Assembly: GCA_047626725.1 (NCBI GenBank)
Contig: JBLHSG010000004.1
Coordinates: 78,328-142,327 of the forward strand
DNA from: Ascidiaceihabitans sp.
GTDB lineage: Bacteria > Pseudomonadota > Alphaproteobacteria > Rhodobacterales > Rhodobacteraceae
Direction of reading: 5' to 3'
DNA: 64,000 bases
The translations under genes were made by a program, and so were the position numbers. The notes beneath the pieces were generated by a model. The model worked only from the letters and a program-made list of their open reading frames with translations. It was not told the DNA's origin and made no database searches. Below are positions 51,736 to 61,040 of the stretch, in pieces; positions within the stretch are counted from its first letter, which is position 1, and every line of letters begins with the position of its first letter.

Positions 51736-53591
51736 GCTGATTTCTTTTCTGATTGACGAAGTATTGCAAGTATCAGAGCCAAGGCAGCTGGTGTCATACC
51801 ATCTATTCGACCCGCCTGCGCCAAAGTCGACGGTTTGACCACATTAAGTTTTGCTGTCAGTTCATTCGAAAGGCCATCCAGACCAGTGTAGTCAAATGAA
51901 GCCGGGATTTTATGGGCTTCATCTTTGGCCAATCGATCAATTTCCCGCTGTTGACGCACAATGTAGTTTGCATATAGCGCTTCACGAGACAGCTGCTCTC
52001 TGGTTTCGGTGTCTAAGTCGGCCAAATCAGCCTGCAAAGCCACAACATCGTCAAAAACCACATTTGGAAACGCCAATACCTGATAAGGGGTGCGACGCGT
52101 TCCGTCTTGATTAATATCAATTCCAGCCAGCTTTATGGTTTTAGGCGTGTATGTTTCACGTGAAACAGCAGCATGACCAGATGCTAGCCGATCCATTTTG
52201 TTCGCAAAAACACGTTTTCTAACATCAGAAACACCACCAAGATCAATCGCTACAGGAGTAAGCCGTTGATCCGCGTTATCCGCACGTAAAGATAATCTAA
52301 ATTCAGCGCGTGACGTAAACATGCGGTAAGGCTCGGTCACACCACGTGTCGTCAGGTCATCAATCATAACACCGATGTAGCTCTGGCTACGACTAAACTC
52401 AATAGCTGGTCGCTCAAGAGCGGCTAAACCCGCATTCAATCCGGCGACCATTCCTTGCGCAGCAGCCTCCTCGTAACCAGTGGTACCATTGATTTGGCCG
52501 GCTAGGTAAAGTCCAGGTACCGAAGGTAACGCAAGATGGCTGTCTAAAACCCGTGGGTCAACGAAATCATATTCGATCGCATAGCCGGGTTGGAGGATTT
52601 CAACGCCCTCAAGGCCAGATATTGACCGCACATAATCATGCTGAACAGACTCTGGCAAAGATGTCGAAATTCCGTTTGGATACACGGTGTGATCATCTAG
52701 ACCTTCTGGCTCTAGAAAAACGAGGTGAGATGTCTTGTCTTCGAACCTAACAACTTTGTCTTCGATGGACGGGCAATAGCGCGGACCGATCCCATCAATA
52801 TGCCCGCCATACATGGCTGAGCGAGACAAGTTTTCACGAATAATATCGTGGGTTTTTTCATTGGTGTAAGTCATACCGCAAGACACCTGCCGAACAGCTA
52901 TGCCTTTGGACATAAAAGAAAAAAGCGTTGGATCATCATCGCCCTGTTGCTGTTCCAGAAGATCCCATTTGATCGTACGACCATCTAAGCGCGGCGGCGT
53001 TCCGGTTTTCAATCGCCCCAACGGCAATCCAAAAGAATCAATACGATCAGCGAGCTTTACCGACGCTTTATCACCCATTCTTCCGCCCGAACGCGCTTCA
53101 TCACCGATGTGAATTACGCCACGCAGGAAAGTGCCCGTAGTCAGAACCACATTCCTTGCACGAACTTCAGAACCGTCATCGAGCACGACACCAATGACGC
53201 GATCTCCCTCCATCATAAAATCAACGGCCTCACCCACAATAATATCGAGGTTCTCTCGAGCCTCAGTGAGTTTTAGCATCGTTTCTTGATAAATTTTGCG
53301 ATCTGCCTGTGCGCGTGGACCCTGAACTGCTGGACCTTTTCGACGGTTCAGCAATCTAAACTGAATGCCGGCAGCGTCAGCAACACGACCCATTACGCCG
53401 TCTAGAGCATCAATTTCGCGAACCAAGTGCCCTTTACCGAGGCCGCCAATTGCAGGATTACACGACATAACGCCAATTCCGTTACGCGACATTGTAATCA
53501 ATGCCGTTTGGGCACCAATTCGGGCCGCAGCATGTGCAGCTTCTGTACCGGCGTGACCGCCACCGATGACTAGAACGTCAAAATGTTTCAC
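51732..53591 (-). CDS. mnmG: tRNA U34 carboxymethylaminomethyl modification enzyme GidA
   Basis: [56 protein letters not shown]; GTG 53591 lies 8 nt after GGAG. Confidence 0.98.
   Translation of the reverse strand: MKHFDVLVIGGGHAGTEAAHAAARIGAQTALITMSRNGIGVMSCNPAIGGLGKGHLVREIDALDGVMGRVADAAGIQFRLLNRRKGPAVQGPRAQADRKIYQETMLKLTEARENLDIIVGEAVDFMMEGDRVIGVVLDDGSEVRARNVVLTTGTFLRGVIHIGDEARSGGRMGDKASVKLADRIDSFGLPLGRLKTGTPPRLDGRTIKWDLLEQQQGDDDPTLFSFMSKGIAVRQVSCGMTYTNEKTHDIIRENLSRSAMYGGHIDGIGPRYCPSIEDKVVRFEDKTSHLVFLEPEGLDDHTVYPNGISTSLPESVQHDYVRSISGLEGVEILQPGYAIEYDFVDPRVLDSHLALPSVPGLYLAGQINGTTGYEEAAAQGMVAGLNAGLAALERPAIEFSRSQSYIGVMIDDLTTRGVTEPYRMFTSRAEFRLSLRADNADQRLTPVAIDLGGVSDVRKRVFANKMDRLASGHAAVSRETYTPKTIKLAGIDINQDGTRRTPYQVLAFPNVVFDDVVALQADLADLDTETREQLSREALYANYIVRQQREIDRLAKDEAHKIPASFDYTGLDGLSNELTAKLNVVKPSTLAQAGRIDGMTPAALALILAILRQSEKKSA
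52152..52167. other. parS centromere site 2, inside mnmG
   Basis: Perfect palindrome TGTTTCACGTGAAACA. Confidence 0.93.
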
Positions 53592-53599
53592 GTGAAACA
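53584..53599. other. parS centromere site 3, over the mnmG start
   Basis: Perfect palindrome TGTTTCACGTGAAACA. Confidence 0.93.
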
Positions 53600-53604
53600 C
53601 TCCA

Positions 53605-54882
53605 TTATTTACCTAAACAAAAGCTGGAGAAAATTTCATCCAGCAGATTTTCAACATCAATTCTACCAACCAAAGCCTCAAGCGAATAGATCGCAGATCG
53701 CAATTCTTCGGCTGCTATGTCGTAATGCGCGGAGCCACGATCAACAAGAGGCAGAACCACATCCAATGCCGACAGCGTCGATTGTATCGCAATTCTATGA
53801 CGTTCATGCGTCGCCAATCCAGCCTGAGAAGATCGTTCAGCAAGCGCAGAATGCACCCTATCCAGCAACTCTGCAACGCCCTGGCCCGTCAAACCAGAAA
53901 CGCCAGTTCCTGTCTGATCGGCTTTTGGTGAAACGACAATGTCGTCATCTATAGGTGCAAGGGGCATATCACCAATGTCATCGACCAAGAAAATTCGCAG
54001 ATCGGCTTCAGCTGCGCGGGACACAGCACGCGAAATCCCTAATTCTTCGATTTTATCCTGCCCGACGCGTAGGCCAGCTGTGTCCAGCATCGTCACAGGT
54101 AGTCCATTTAGGTCCATGCGTACTTCGATCACGTCACGCGTTGTTCCCGCAATATCAGAAGTTATTGCCGCATCACGGCCCGCAAAAGCATTTAGTAGGG
54201 TCGACTTTCCTGCGTTTGGGCGCCCGACAATAGCGACCTCAAATCCTAATCGAATACGCTCAGCCACGCGACTACCCGAAACTTCGCCCTGTAATTCTGA
54301 TTTCACGCGGTTCAACAACGCCAATACTTCGGGCGATACATCAACTGGGACGTCTTCATCCACAAAATCGATGGTCGCTTCCATCAACGCGGCCGCACGG
54401 ATCAATGAACTGCGCCAACCCTCAACCAACTTACCAAGATCACCAGAAACAGTACGCAACGCTTGTTTGCGCTGTGCTTCGGTCTCTGATTCGATCAAAT
54501 CGGCGAGGCCTTCGACCTGTGCCAGATCCATTTTACCATTTTCAAGCGCGCGCCGCGTAAATTCACCTGGTTCAGCAAGTCGCATCCGCAAGTCATCACC
54601 AAGAGTTCTAAGAACAGATTTGATCACCGCAATACTGCCGTGCAAATGCAATTCAACCACATCTTCGCCGGTGAAACTGTGTGGCGCGTCAAACCGCAAC
54701 ACCAATGCTTGGTCCAGCAGTTCGCCGTTGGAATCACGCAATTCCCGCAAACCAGCAACGCGATTTGGCGGCATAGATATGATTAGATCAGCAGCCACGG
54801 CACGCGCATCTGGACCAGACAGACGAACAACGGACACACCCGCACGACCTTGAGCACTGGCGAGGGCAAAAATCGTTTCCAT
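53605..54882 (-). CDS. mnmE: tRNA modification GTPase
   Basis: [49 protein letters not shown]. Confidence 0.98.
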   Translation of the reverse strand: METIFALASAQGRAGVSVVRLSGPDARAVAADLIISMPPNRVAGLRELRDSNGELLDQALVLRFDAPHSFTGEDVVELHLHGSIAVIKSVLRTLGDDLRMRLAEPGEFTRRALENGKMDLAQVEGLADLIESETEAQRKQALRTVSGDLGKLVEGWRSSLIRAAALMEATIDFVDEDVPVDVSPEVLALLNRVKSELQGEVSGSRVAERIRLGFEVAIVGRPNAGKSTLLNAFAGRDAAITSDIAGTTRDVIEVRMDLNGLPVTMLDTAGLRVGQDKIEELGISRAVSRAAEADLRIFLVDDIGDMPLAPIDDDIVVSPKADQTGTGVSGLTGQGVAELLDRVHSALAERSSQAGLATHERHRIAIQSTLSALDVVLPLVDRGSAHYDIAAEELRSAIYSLEALVGRIDVENLLDEIFSSFCLGK

Positions 54883-54912
54883 AGCATTAACCCATTGTTA
54901 TTGAACAATAAG

Positions 54913-56238
54913 TTACGTGTTCATTGAATCAAAGAAGTCGGAGTTTGTCTTTGTCTGTTTCAACTTGGAAATCAGGAATTCGATTGCATCTGTTGTTCCC
55001 ATCGGGTTCAGAATGCGACGCAGAACAAAGGTTTTCTGTAGATCGATTTTGTCGACCAACAGTTCTTCTTTCCGGGTACCAGACTTGAGAATATCCATGG
55101 CTGGGAACACGCGTTTGTCTGCAATCTTGCGATCCAAAACGATCTCGGAGTTACCAGTGCCTTTGAATTCCTCAAAGATGACTTCGTCCATGCGGCTGCC
55201 TGTATCGATCAAGGCTGTCGCGATGATTGTCAGAGAACCACCCTCTTCGATGTTACGGGCGGCACCAAAGAAGCGTTTTGGGCGCTGTAGGGCATTAGCG
55301 TCGACACCACCGGTCAGTACCTTGCCTGACGACGGCACAACGGTGTTAAACGCGCGCCCAAGACGTGTGATGGAATCCAGCAGGATCACCACGTCGCGTT
55401 TGTGTTCAACCAGACGTTTGGCTTTTTCGATAACCATTTCAGACACAGCAACGTGACGCGTCGCTGGTTCATCAAAGGTTGATGATACGACTTCGCCCTT
55501 AACAGAACGTTGCATGTCAGTAACTTCTTCGGGCCGTTCATCAATGAGCAGCACGATCAGATAACATTCAGGGTGGTTCTGTTCGATGCTGTTGGCGATA
55601 TTTTGCAGCAGCACGGTTTTACCAGTGCGCGGCGGCGCGACGATCAAAGAACGCTGGCCTTTGCCGATCGGGGCAACCAAATCGATAATCCGCGCAGAGC
55701 GATCCTTGGTTGTTGGATCAGCAGTTTCCATATTCAAACGCTCGTCTGGATACAGCGGCGTCAGGTTTTCAAAGGCGATTTTGTGTTTGGCTTTTATCGG
55801 GTCTTCGAAGTTGATTTTTGTCGTCAACGTCAAAGCAAAATAACGCTCATTGTCATCTGGCGCTTTGATTACGCCTTCGATGGTGTCGCCTGTGCGCAGC
55901 GAATGATGGCGGATCAGGTCTGGTGACACGTAAATATCGTCAGGGCCCGGTAGATAGTTTGCTTCGGGCGAGCGCAGAAATCCGAAACCGTCTTGAAGTA
56001 CTTCGAGCACGCCATCACCAGAGATTTCCCAACCTTCATCTGCGCGTTCACGCAGGATTTGGAACATCATCTCGCCTTTGCGCATCGTGGATGCGTTTTC
56101 GATCTCAAGCTCTTCAGCCATAGAGAGCAGTGCTTTAGGGCTTTGTTTCTTAAGATCAGCAAGGTTCAGCTTTTCAACCGGGCCATCTGTTTGGGCCGCA
56201 TCGGTCGGAACTGCATCTGTGATTACGTCATCTGTCAT
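54913..56238 (-). CDS. rho: Transcription termination factor Rho
   Basis: [49 protein letters not shown]; short acidic N-terminal extension. Confidence 0.99.
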   Translation of the reverse strand: MTDDVITDAVPTDAAQTDGPVEKLNLADLKKQSPKALLSMAEELEIENASTMRKGEMMFQILRERADEGWEISGDGVLEVLQDGFGFLRSPEANYLPGPDDIYVSPDLIRHHSLRTGDTIEGVIKAPDDNERYFALTLTTKINFEDPIKAKHKIAFENLTPLYPDERLNMETADPTTKDRSARIIDLVAPIGKGQRSLIVAPPRTGKTVLLQNIANSIEQNHPECYLIVLLIDERPEEVTDMQRSVKGEVVSSTFDEPATRHVAVSEMVIEKAKRLVEHKRDVVILLDSITRLGRAFNTVVPSSGKVLTGGVDANALQRPKRFFGAARNIEEGGSLTIIATALIDTGSRMDEVIFEEFKGTGNSEIVLDRKIADKRVFPAMDILKSGTRKEELLVDKIDLQKTFVLRRILNPMGTTDAIEFLISKLKQTKTNSDFFDSMNT

Positions 56239-56367
56239 GGGAATACCTATCGCCAGCCAACATGTGTGTCATGCGCTGGTGTTTTTCTTTGAAATGTTCG
56301 CTTTACACGATCCCCGAACGGGGCGTTGCGGACCAGATATGGGCAAAACCGCCCTGAGTCAATATTT

Positions 56368-56817
56368 TCAGAACTTCACAACAACCGAGAACACGATAAC
56401 GAACATCAGCAGCGTCGGAACTTCGTTCATGATCCGGTAGCGGCGCCCTTCAAGAACGCCCTCACCTGCGACAAATCGTTTGCGTTGACCGCCCAGCCAC
56501 ATGTGAAAAACGGTCATGGCAATAACGCTGATCGTTTTTAGCCATGGCCAAACAGCAGTCCAATCCACGATCCCAGGCGTCGCCACCAACAAAATACCAA
56601 AGATCCAAGTCGAGATCATCGCAGGGTTCATGATCACATTCAGCAGCTTCATCTCCATCATGCAAAACAGATCATGGGTCTCACCACCCACTTTCACGCT
56701 TTCTGAATGGTGCACGAACAACCGTGGCAGATAGAAAATACCTGCCATCCAAGAGATGACTGAAATGATATGAATGGACTTGATCCAAGGATAGGCAATC
56801 GCGAGTAGGTCTGTCAT
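56368..56817 (-). CDS. hemJ: Protoporphyrinogen oxidase HemJ (CopD family)
   Basis: WIKSIHIISVISWMAGIFYLPRLFVHH, IMNPAM, YRIMNEVPT. Confidence 0.93.
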   Translation of the reverse strand: MTDLLAIAYPWIKSIHIISVISWMAGIFYLPRLFVHHSESVKVGGETHDLFCMMEMKLLNVIMNPAMISTWIFGILLVATPGIVDWTAVWPWLKTISVIAMTVFHMWLGGQRKRFVAGEGVLEGRRYRIMNEVPTLLMFVIVFSVVVKF

Positions 56818-56992
56818 CTCAGTCTCCCTGCTCTGCCTTACTTAATAATAAATATATAAAGAGAAAAGGATGATGATTAAGTAGGGAGGCCGATTTCTGT
56901 GGATTAATGGCTTGTTCCACGGCTTATCCACTCAGGGATAAAGTTTAGCAGGGATGATGTGGATGAATCATGATTGAAATTTAAATATTTAA

Positions 56993-57005
56993 AATCAAAT
57001 ACTTG
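56993..57005 (+). promoter_or_regulatory. IHF binding site in oriC
   Basis: AATCAAATACTTG matches WATCAANNNNTTR exactly, with an AT-rich tract upstream. Confidence 0.65.
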
Positions 57006-57209
57006 CGTTGAAAAATGGTAGAATCAGACACCAACAACCCTGTGCATATCTTTGTGACAACCTGATTGTCCCCAGTCTCAACGTTATCCTTACCCCAAGG
57101 GGATGAAACTGACACATCTCTGGCTAAGGAGGTCGAGTTATCCCTCTTGCCATAATGCTCCCCATTATTCAGAACAGTTCCTTAACAAACTCCTAATTTT
57201 GTCACGGGT

Positions 57210-57218
57210 TTATCCACA
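57210..57218 (+). promoter_or_regulatory. Perfect DnaA box abutting the maf start
   Basis: TTATCCACA. Confidence 0.8.
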
Positions 57219-57817
57219 TGGTTATGCCACTCATCTTGGCCTCAGGGTCCGACATTCGCGCACAATTGTTGCGCAACGCTGGTGTGCCGTTCGAGGTGCA
57301 TAAGGCGCGCGTCGATGAACAGACGATCAAAGAATCGCTTTTGGCTGAGGGCGCCAACCCCCGTGATATTGCCGATGCATTGGCTGAATCCAAAGCGCGC
57401 AAAGTGGCGTTAAAGCACCCGGATGCGATGGTGATCGGCTGTGATCAGGTGCTTGATTTCAAAGGGCAGCTGCTGTCGAAACCGGATAGCCCTGAACATG
57501 CGATCAGTCAGATTAAATCGATGCGCGGTGAACGCCATACTTTGCTGTCCGCCGCCGTAATCTATCACGAAGGCAAACCAATCTGGCGTCATGTCGGTCA
57601 GGTGCGCCTCCGTATGCGGCCTGCCTCTGACACTTATGTAGACGGTTATGTGGCCCGCAATTGGGACAGCATCCAGCACAGTGTCGGGGCATATAAACTA
57701 GAAGAAGAAGGCGTGCGGCTGTTTCACAGCATCGAGGGGGATTACTTTAACGTCCTTGGTATGCCACTTTTGGAATTGTTGGCGTTTTTAACCCTTAGAG
57801 GTGTGATTGAGACATGA
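57218..57817 (+). CDS. maf: Maf family nucleoside triphosphate pyrophosphatase
   Basis: LILASGS.IRAQLL, LAESKA, IGCDQ, VGAYKLE, GDYFNVLGMP; start 57218 or 57224. Confidence 0.92.
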   Translation: MVMPLILASGSDIRAQLLRNAGVPFEVHKARVDEQTIKESLLAEGANPRDIADALAESKARKVALKHPDAMVIGCDQVLDFKGQLLSKPDSPEHAISQIKSMRGERHTLLSAAVIYHEGKPIWRHVGQVRLRMRPASDTYVDGYVARNWDSIQHSVGAYKLEEEGVRLFHSIEGDYFNVLGMPLLELLAFLTLRGVIET

Positions 57818-58641
57818 ATAAAATCCCATTGGCCGGCGTCATCGGATCACCGATCGCACATTCAAAGTCACCGCAATTGCACAAACACTGGCTTAAAACC
57901 TATGGCTTGCAAGGTTTCTACATTCCGATGGATGTTGAGGCCGCAGATTTACGGCAGGTTTTGACCACGTTGCCAAAGATGGGGTTTGTCGGTGTAAACG
58001 TCACGATCCCCCACAAAGAAGCCGTTCTTGAGATCGCCGATTTGATCACAGATCGCGCGACGCTGATTGGTGCAGCGAACACACTGATCTTTCGCAAAGA
58101 TGGTAAAATTCATGCTGATAATACAGATGGTTACGGATTTCTTGAGAATTTAAAAGCAGGTGCGCCCAGCTGGAATCCAAAAGCAGGTCCTGCCGCAGTT
58201 CTAGGTGCAGGTGGTGCGTCGCGCGCTGTTGTTGCGTCTCTGTTAGATGCAGGCGTTCAAGAAATTCTGCTGACCAACCGCACGCGGGTTCGCGCGGAAA
58301 AACTGGCGTCTGATTTTGGCAACCGCGTTCAAGTTGTTGATTGGGTGCAGGCGGGCAACATCCTCGAAGAAGCAGCGTTGACCGTGAACACCACATCGCT
58401 GGGCATGATCGGAAAACAAGATCTGCGCGTGCCACTTGATGGTCTGCGCAAAGGATCGATTGTCACAGATCTGGTCTATACGCCGCTGCAAACGCAACTG
58501 ATCAAAACGGCAAAAGATCGCGGCTGTATTACGGTTGATGGCCTCGGCATGTTGTTGCATCAAGCCGTCCCTGCCTTTGAACGCTGGTTTGGCAAACGCC
58601 CCGAAGTCGACAGTGACACACGTGCCGCGGCGTTGCGCTGA
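57814..58641 (+). CDS. aroE: Shikimate dehydrogenase
   Basis: PIAHSKSP, NVTIPHKE, GAANT, DNTDGYG, GAGGA, GLGMLLHQA. Confidence 0.97.
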   Translation: MNKIPLAGVIGSPIAHSKSPQLHKHWLKTYGLQGFYIPMDVEAADLRQVLTTLPKMGFVGVNVTIPHKEAVLEIADLITDRATLIGAANTLIFRKDGKIHADNTDGYGFLENLKAGAPSWNPKAGPAAVLGAGGASRAVVASLLDAGVQEILLTNRTRVRAEKLASDFGNRVQVVDWVQAGNILEEAALTVNTTSLGMIGKQDLRVPLDGLRKGSIVTDLVYTPLQTQLIKTAKDRGCITVDGLGMLLHQAVPAFERWFGKRPEVDSDTRAAALR

Positions 58642-59222
58642 TGTTTAAACTTGGGCTCACCGGCTCAATCGGGATGGGTAAATCGACCACGGCGCAAATG
58701 TTTGCGGATGCAGGGTGTGCCGTTTGGGATGCGGACGCGGCCGTTCACCGGATTTATGATCGCGGTGGGCTTGCGGTTGAACCGATGCGTGCGCTGGTGC
58801 CGGATGCGATTGTCGAAAATACCGTCTCGCGTCCTAAATTGCGGGATGCGATTTCGGCGGATCAAAACGTTCTGAAACAGATCGAATTGATCGTGCACCC
58901 ACTTCTGGCTCAGGATCGTGCGGATTTCATCGCAAATGCGACCTCAGACATTCTGGTCTTTGATATTCCACTGCTGTTTGAAACTGGCGGTGACGCAAAA
59001 ATGGATGCTGTCGCTTGCGTTTGGATTGCTGAAAAAGATCAAGAAACCCGCGTGATGTCCCGTGGCACCATGACCCAAGATCAATTCGAGGCAATCCGCG
59101 CCAAACAAATGCCGGCTGATGAAAAACGCGATCGTGCAGATTACGTGATCATCACCGACACCCTTGAACACGCCCGCGCGCAGGTTCATTCTGTGCTGAA
59201 ATCCATCCGCCAAAGGACCTGA
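58641..59222 (+). CDS. coaE: Dephospho-CoA kinase
   Basis: GLTGSIGMGKST, DAD, IVHP, DIPLLFE. Confidence 0.96.
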   Translation: MFKLGLTGSIGMGKSTTAQMFADAGCAVWDADAAVHRIYDRGGLAVEPMRALVPDAIVENTVSRPKLRDAISADQNVLKQIELIVHPLLAQDRADFIANATSDILVFDIPLLFETGGDAKMDAVACVWIAEKDQETRVMSRGTMTQDQFEAIRAKQMPADEKRDRADYVIITDTLEHARAQVHSVLKSIRQRT

Positions 59223-59223
59223 C

Positions 59224-59910
59224 ATGCGTGAGATTGTTCTAGATACCGAAACCACAGGTTTTGACCCGTTTTCAGGTGATCGCATCGTTGAAATTGGTGC
59301 GATTGAATTGATGGGCCACATGTCCACCGGCAATACCTTTCACGAATACATCAACCCCGAACGCGGTATGCCCGACGAGGCATTTCAAGTGCACGGACTG
59401 GGCGACGATTTCCTGCGTGATAAGCCAAAGTTCGCAAAAATTGGTCAAAAGTTTCTGGATTTCATCCAAGATTCCAAGCTGATCATTCACAACGCGTCAT
59501 TCGACATGAAGTTCTTGAATGCTGAGCTGAAATGGATGGGCCTGCCACAAATTCCGATGGAACAAGCGCTTGATACACTGTTGATCGCGCGCAAGAAATT
59601 CCCGGGTTCGCCTGCATCACTAGACGCGTTGTGCCGTCGTTTCGGGATCACGACAGAACGCGATTTGCACGGCGCTTTGTTGGACAGTGAAATTCTGGCC
59701 GAAGTGTATTTGGAATTGATCGGCGGGCGTCAGCCTGACTTTGGGCTGAACACCTCTGCGCAATCTAATGATGGTCCGTCTGGCGATGTGTGGACACCAA
59801 AACCGCGCCCCACACCGTTACCATCCCGGATAAACGAGGCGGAAACCGCCGCGCACAAAGCGTATATAGCCAAAGAGTTAGGCGATGCCCCTCTTTGGCT
59901 AAAGTCTTAA
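59224..59910 (+). CDS. dnaQ: DNA polymerase III epsilon subunit
   Basis: VLDTETTG, IHNASFDM, SLDALC, HGALLDSEIL (ExoI/II/III motifs). Confidence 0.98.
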   Translation: MREIVLDTETTGFDPFSGDRIVEIGAIELMGHMSTGNTFHEYINPERGMPDEAFQVHGLGDDFLRDKPKFAKIGQKFLDFIQDSKLIIHNASFDMKFLNAELKWMGLPQIPMEQALDTLLIARKKFPGSPASLDALCRRFGITTERDLHGALLDSEILAEVYLELIGGRQPDFGLNTSAQSNDGPSGDVWTPKPRPTPLPSRINEAETAAHKAYIAKELGDAPLWLKS

Positions 59911-60389
59911 GCAGTTCCGGCGGATTCGTTTTCGGCCTGACGACGTGCGATTTCATTGCGGTACAAGGCGATGAAATCGATGTTTTCCAAGTTTAGCGGC
60001 GGAAAGCCACCATCGCGGGTCACGTCAGAAACGACGCGGCGCAGGAATGGGAAAATCATGCGTGGGCATTCGATCAACAAAAACGGGTGCATCTGGTCTT
60101 CTGGCACACCTTCGATGTGGAAAATGCCGACATAGTCGATTTCCATAACGAACAGCGTCGCATCGCCTTCTTTGGCTTTGGACGTGATGTTCAATTTGAT
60201 GGATGATTCAAACTGGTTGTTGTCGCCACCGCGCTTTTTGGCGTCCAAGTTTACTTGAACTTGCACGTCTGGTTGTGCGTCACTTGGCGCGCCTTTTTGC
60301 GCCATGATGTTTTCAAACGACATATCGCGGATGAATTGACCCAAGATGCGCATTTGCGGCTGGGCTTGTGGTGCTTCGTTCTCGGCCAT
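59907..60389 (-). CDS. secB: Protein export chaperone SecB
   Basis: QFIRDMSFEN, LLIECPRMIFPFLR, GGFPPLNL..IDF. Confidence 0.97.
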   Translation of the reverse strand: MAENEAPQAQPQMRILGQFIRDMSFENIMAQKGAPSDAQPDVQVQVNLDAKKRGGDNNQFESSIKLNITSKAKEGDATLFVMEIDYVGIFHIEGVPEDQMHPFLLIECPRMIFPFLRRVVSDVTRDGGFPPLNLENIDFIALYRNEIARRQAENESAGTA

Positions 60390-60449
60390 TTTCTTACTCC
60401 TGCGGAAATATCGGCGTTTTTACCGCTCTAGCAGTTTGGTGGGTGGGCC

Positions 60450-60935
60450 TCAATGCTTTGTCCAACCAGACGGAAGGGTTGGTCCATCATGTGGTTCTTG
60501 GACCTCTTCGAATTCACCATCGATCACATTCGGGTCATTTGACGGACGCGCGCGGCCCCCCATGTTTCCGCCCATTGAAAACGACTGAATGTTGATCCGT
60601 TTGCGCATGTAATTAAACGCAGCAGTGCGAAACTGCGGCACCATCAGCGCAAAACCAACCGCATCGGTGAAAAACCCCGGCGTCAGCAACAGTGCACCGG
60701 CGAACAAGATCATCGCCCCATGGGCCAACGGCTCTGTCGGATCGTTCAAATCCGAAAACGAAGATTGCAGGTTCGCCATCGCGCTGCGCCCCTGCGAGCG
60801 TACCAAATATGTGCCCAAAAATGCGGTTAAGATCACCACCAACAGCGTCGGCCACAGCCCAATGGCCCCACCGACTTGGATAAACAGGGTAATTTCAATC
60901 AGCGGTACACCGATAAAAGCTATCAAAAGCCACAT
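60450..60935 (-). CDS. fxsA: FxsA family membrane protein
   Basis: VPLIEITLFIQVG, LLLTPGFFTD, IDGEF. Confidence 0.93.
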   Translation of the reverse strand: MWLLIAFIGVPLIEITLFIQVGGAIGLWPTLLVVILTAFLGTYLVRSQGRSAMANLQSSFSDLNDPTEPLAHGAMILFAGALLLTPGFFTDAVGFALMVPQFRTAAFNYMRKRINIQSFSMGGNMGGRARPSNDPNVIDGEFEEVQEPHDGPTLPSGWTKH

Positions 60936-61040
60936 GTGCGACATTCCTTTCACGTTCCCTACAGTGGACTTGTAGGGGGTCACACCCTACATAAGGGCAA
61001 CAACGTCCTGTTTCCATGTTTTACCCATATCGAGGCTTTA

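Larger units (their letters stand above)
56818..57218. other. Predicted chromosomal replication origin oriC
   Basis: Roughly 400-bp gap between divergent operons; DnaA boxes TTATCCACA (57210-18), TTATCCACT (56924-32), TCATCCACA (rc 56958-66), TAATCCACA (rc 56898-906), ATATGCACA (rc 57041-49); TCCCCA W-type boxes (57069, 57159); AT-rich tracts; parABS 3-8 kb away. Confidence 0.88.

Noticed and set aside
53583-53954. 123-aa plus-strand ORF beginning MFHVKH
   Set aside because: The start is an artefact of the parS palindrome and the remainder is antisense to mnmE
53939-54853. 304-aa plus-strand ORF
   Set aside because: Antisense shadow of mnmE
49401-54882. Low-GC stretch as a genomic island
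   Set aside because: It contains only core genes in conserved order, with no integrase, tRNA or flanking repeats; kept instead as a compositional anomaly
60969-60993. GTAGGG-N7-CCCTAC inverted repeat or RpoH-like promoter between fxsA and Tim44
   Set aside because: The spacing does not fit RpoH consensus and a 6-bp repeat is too short to call
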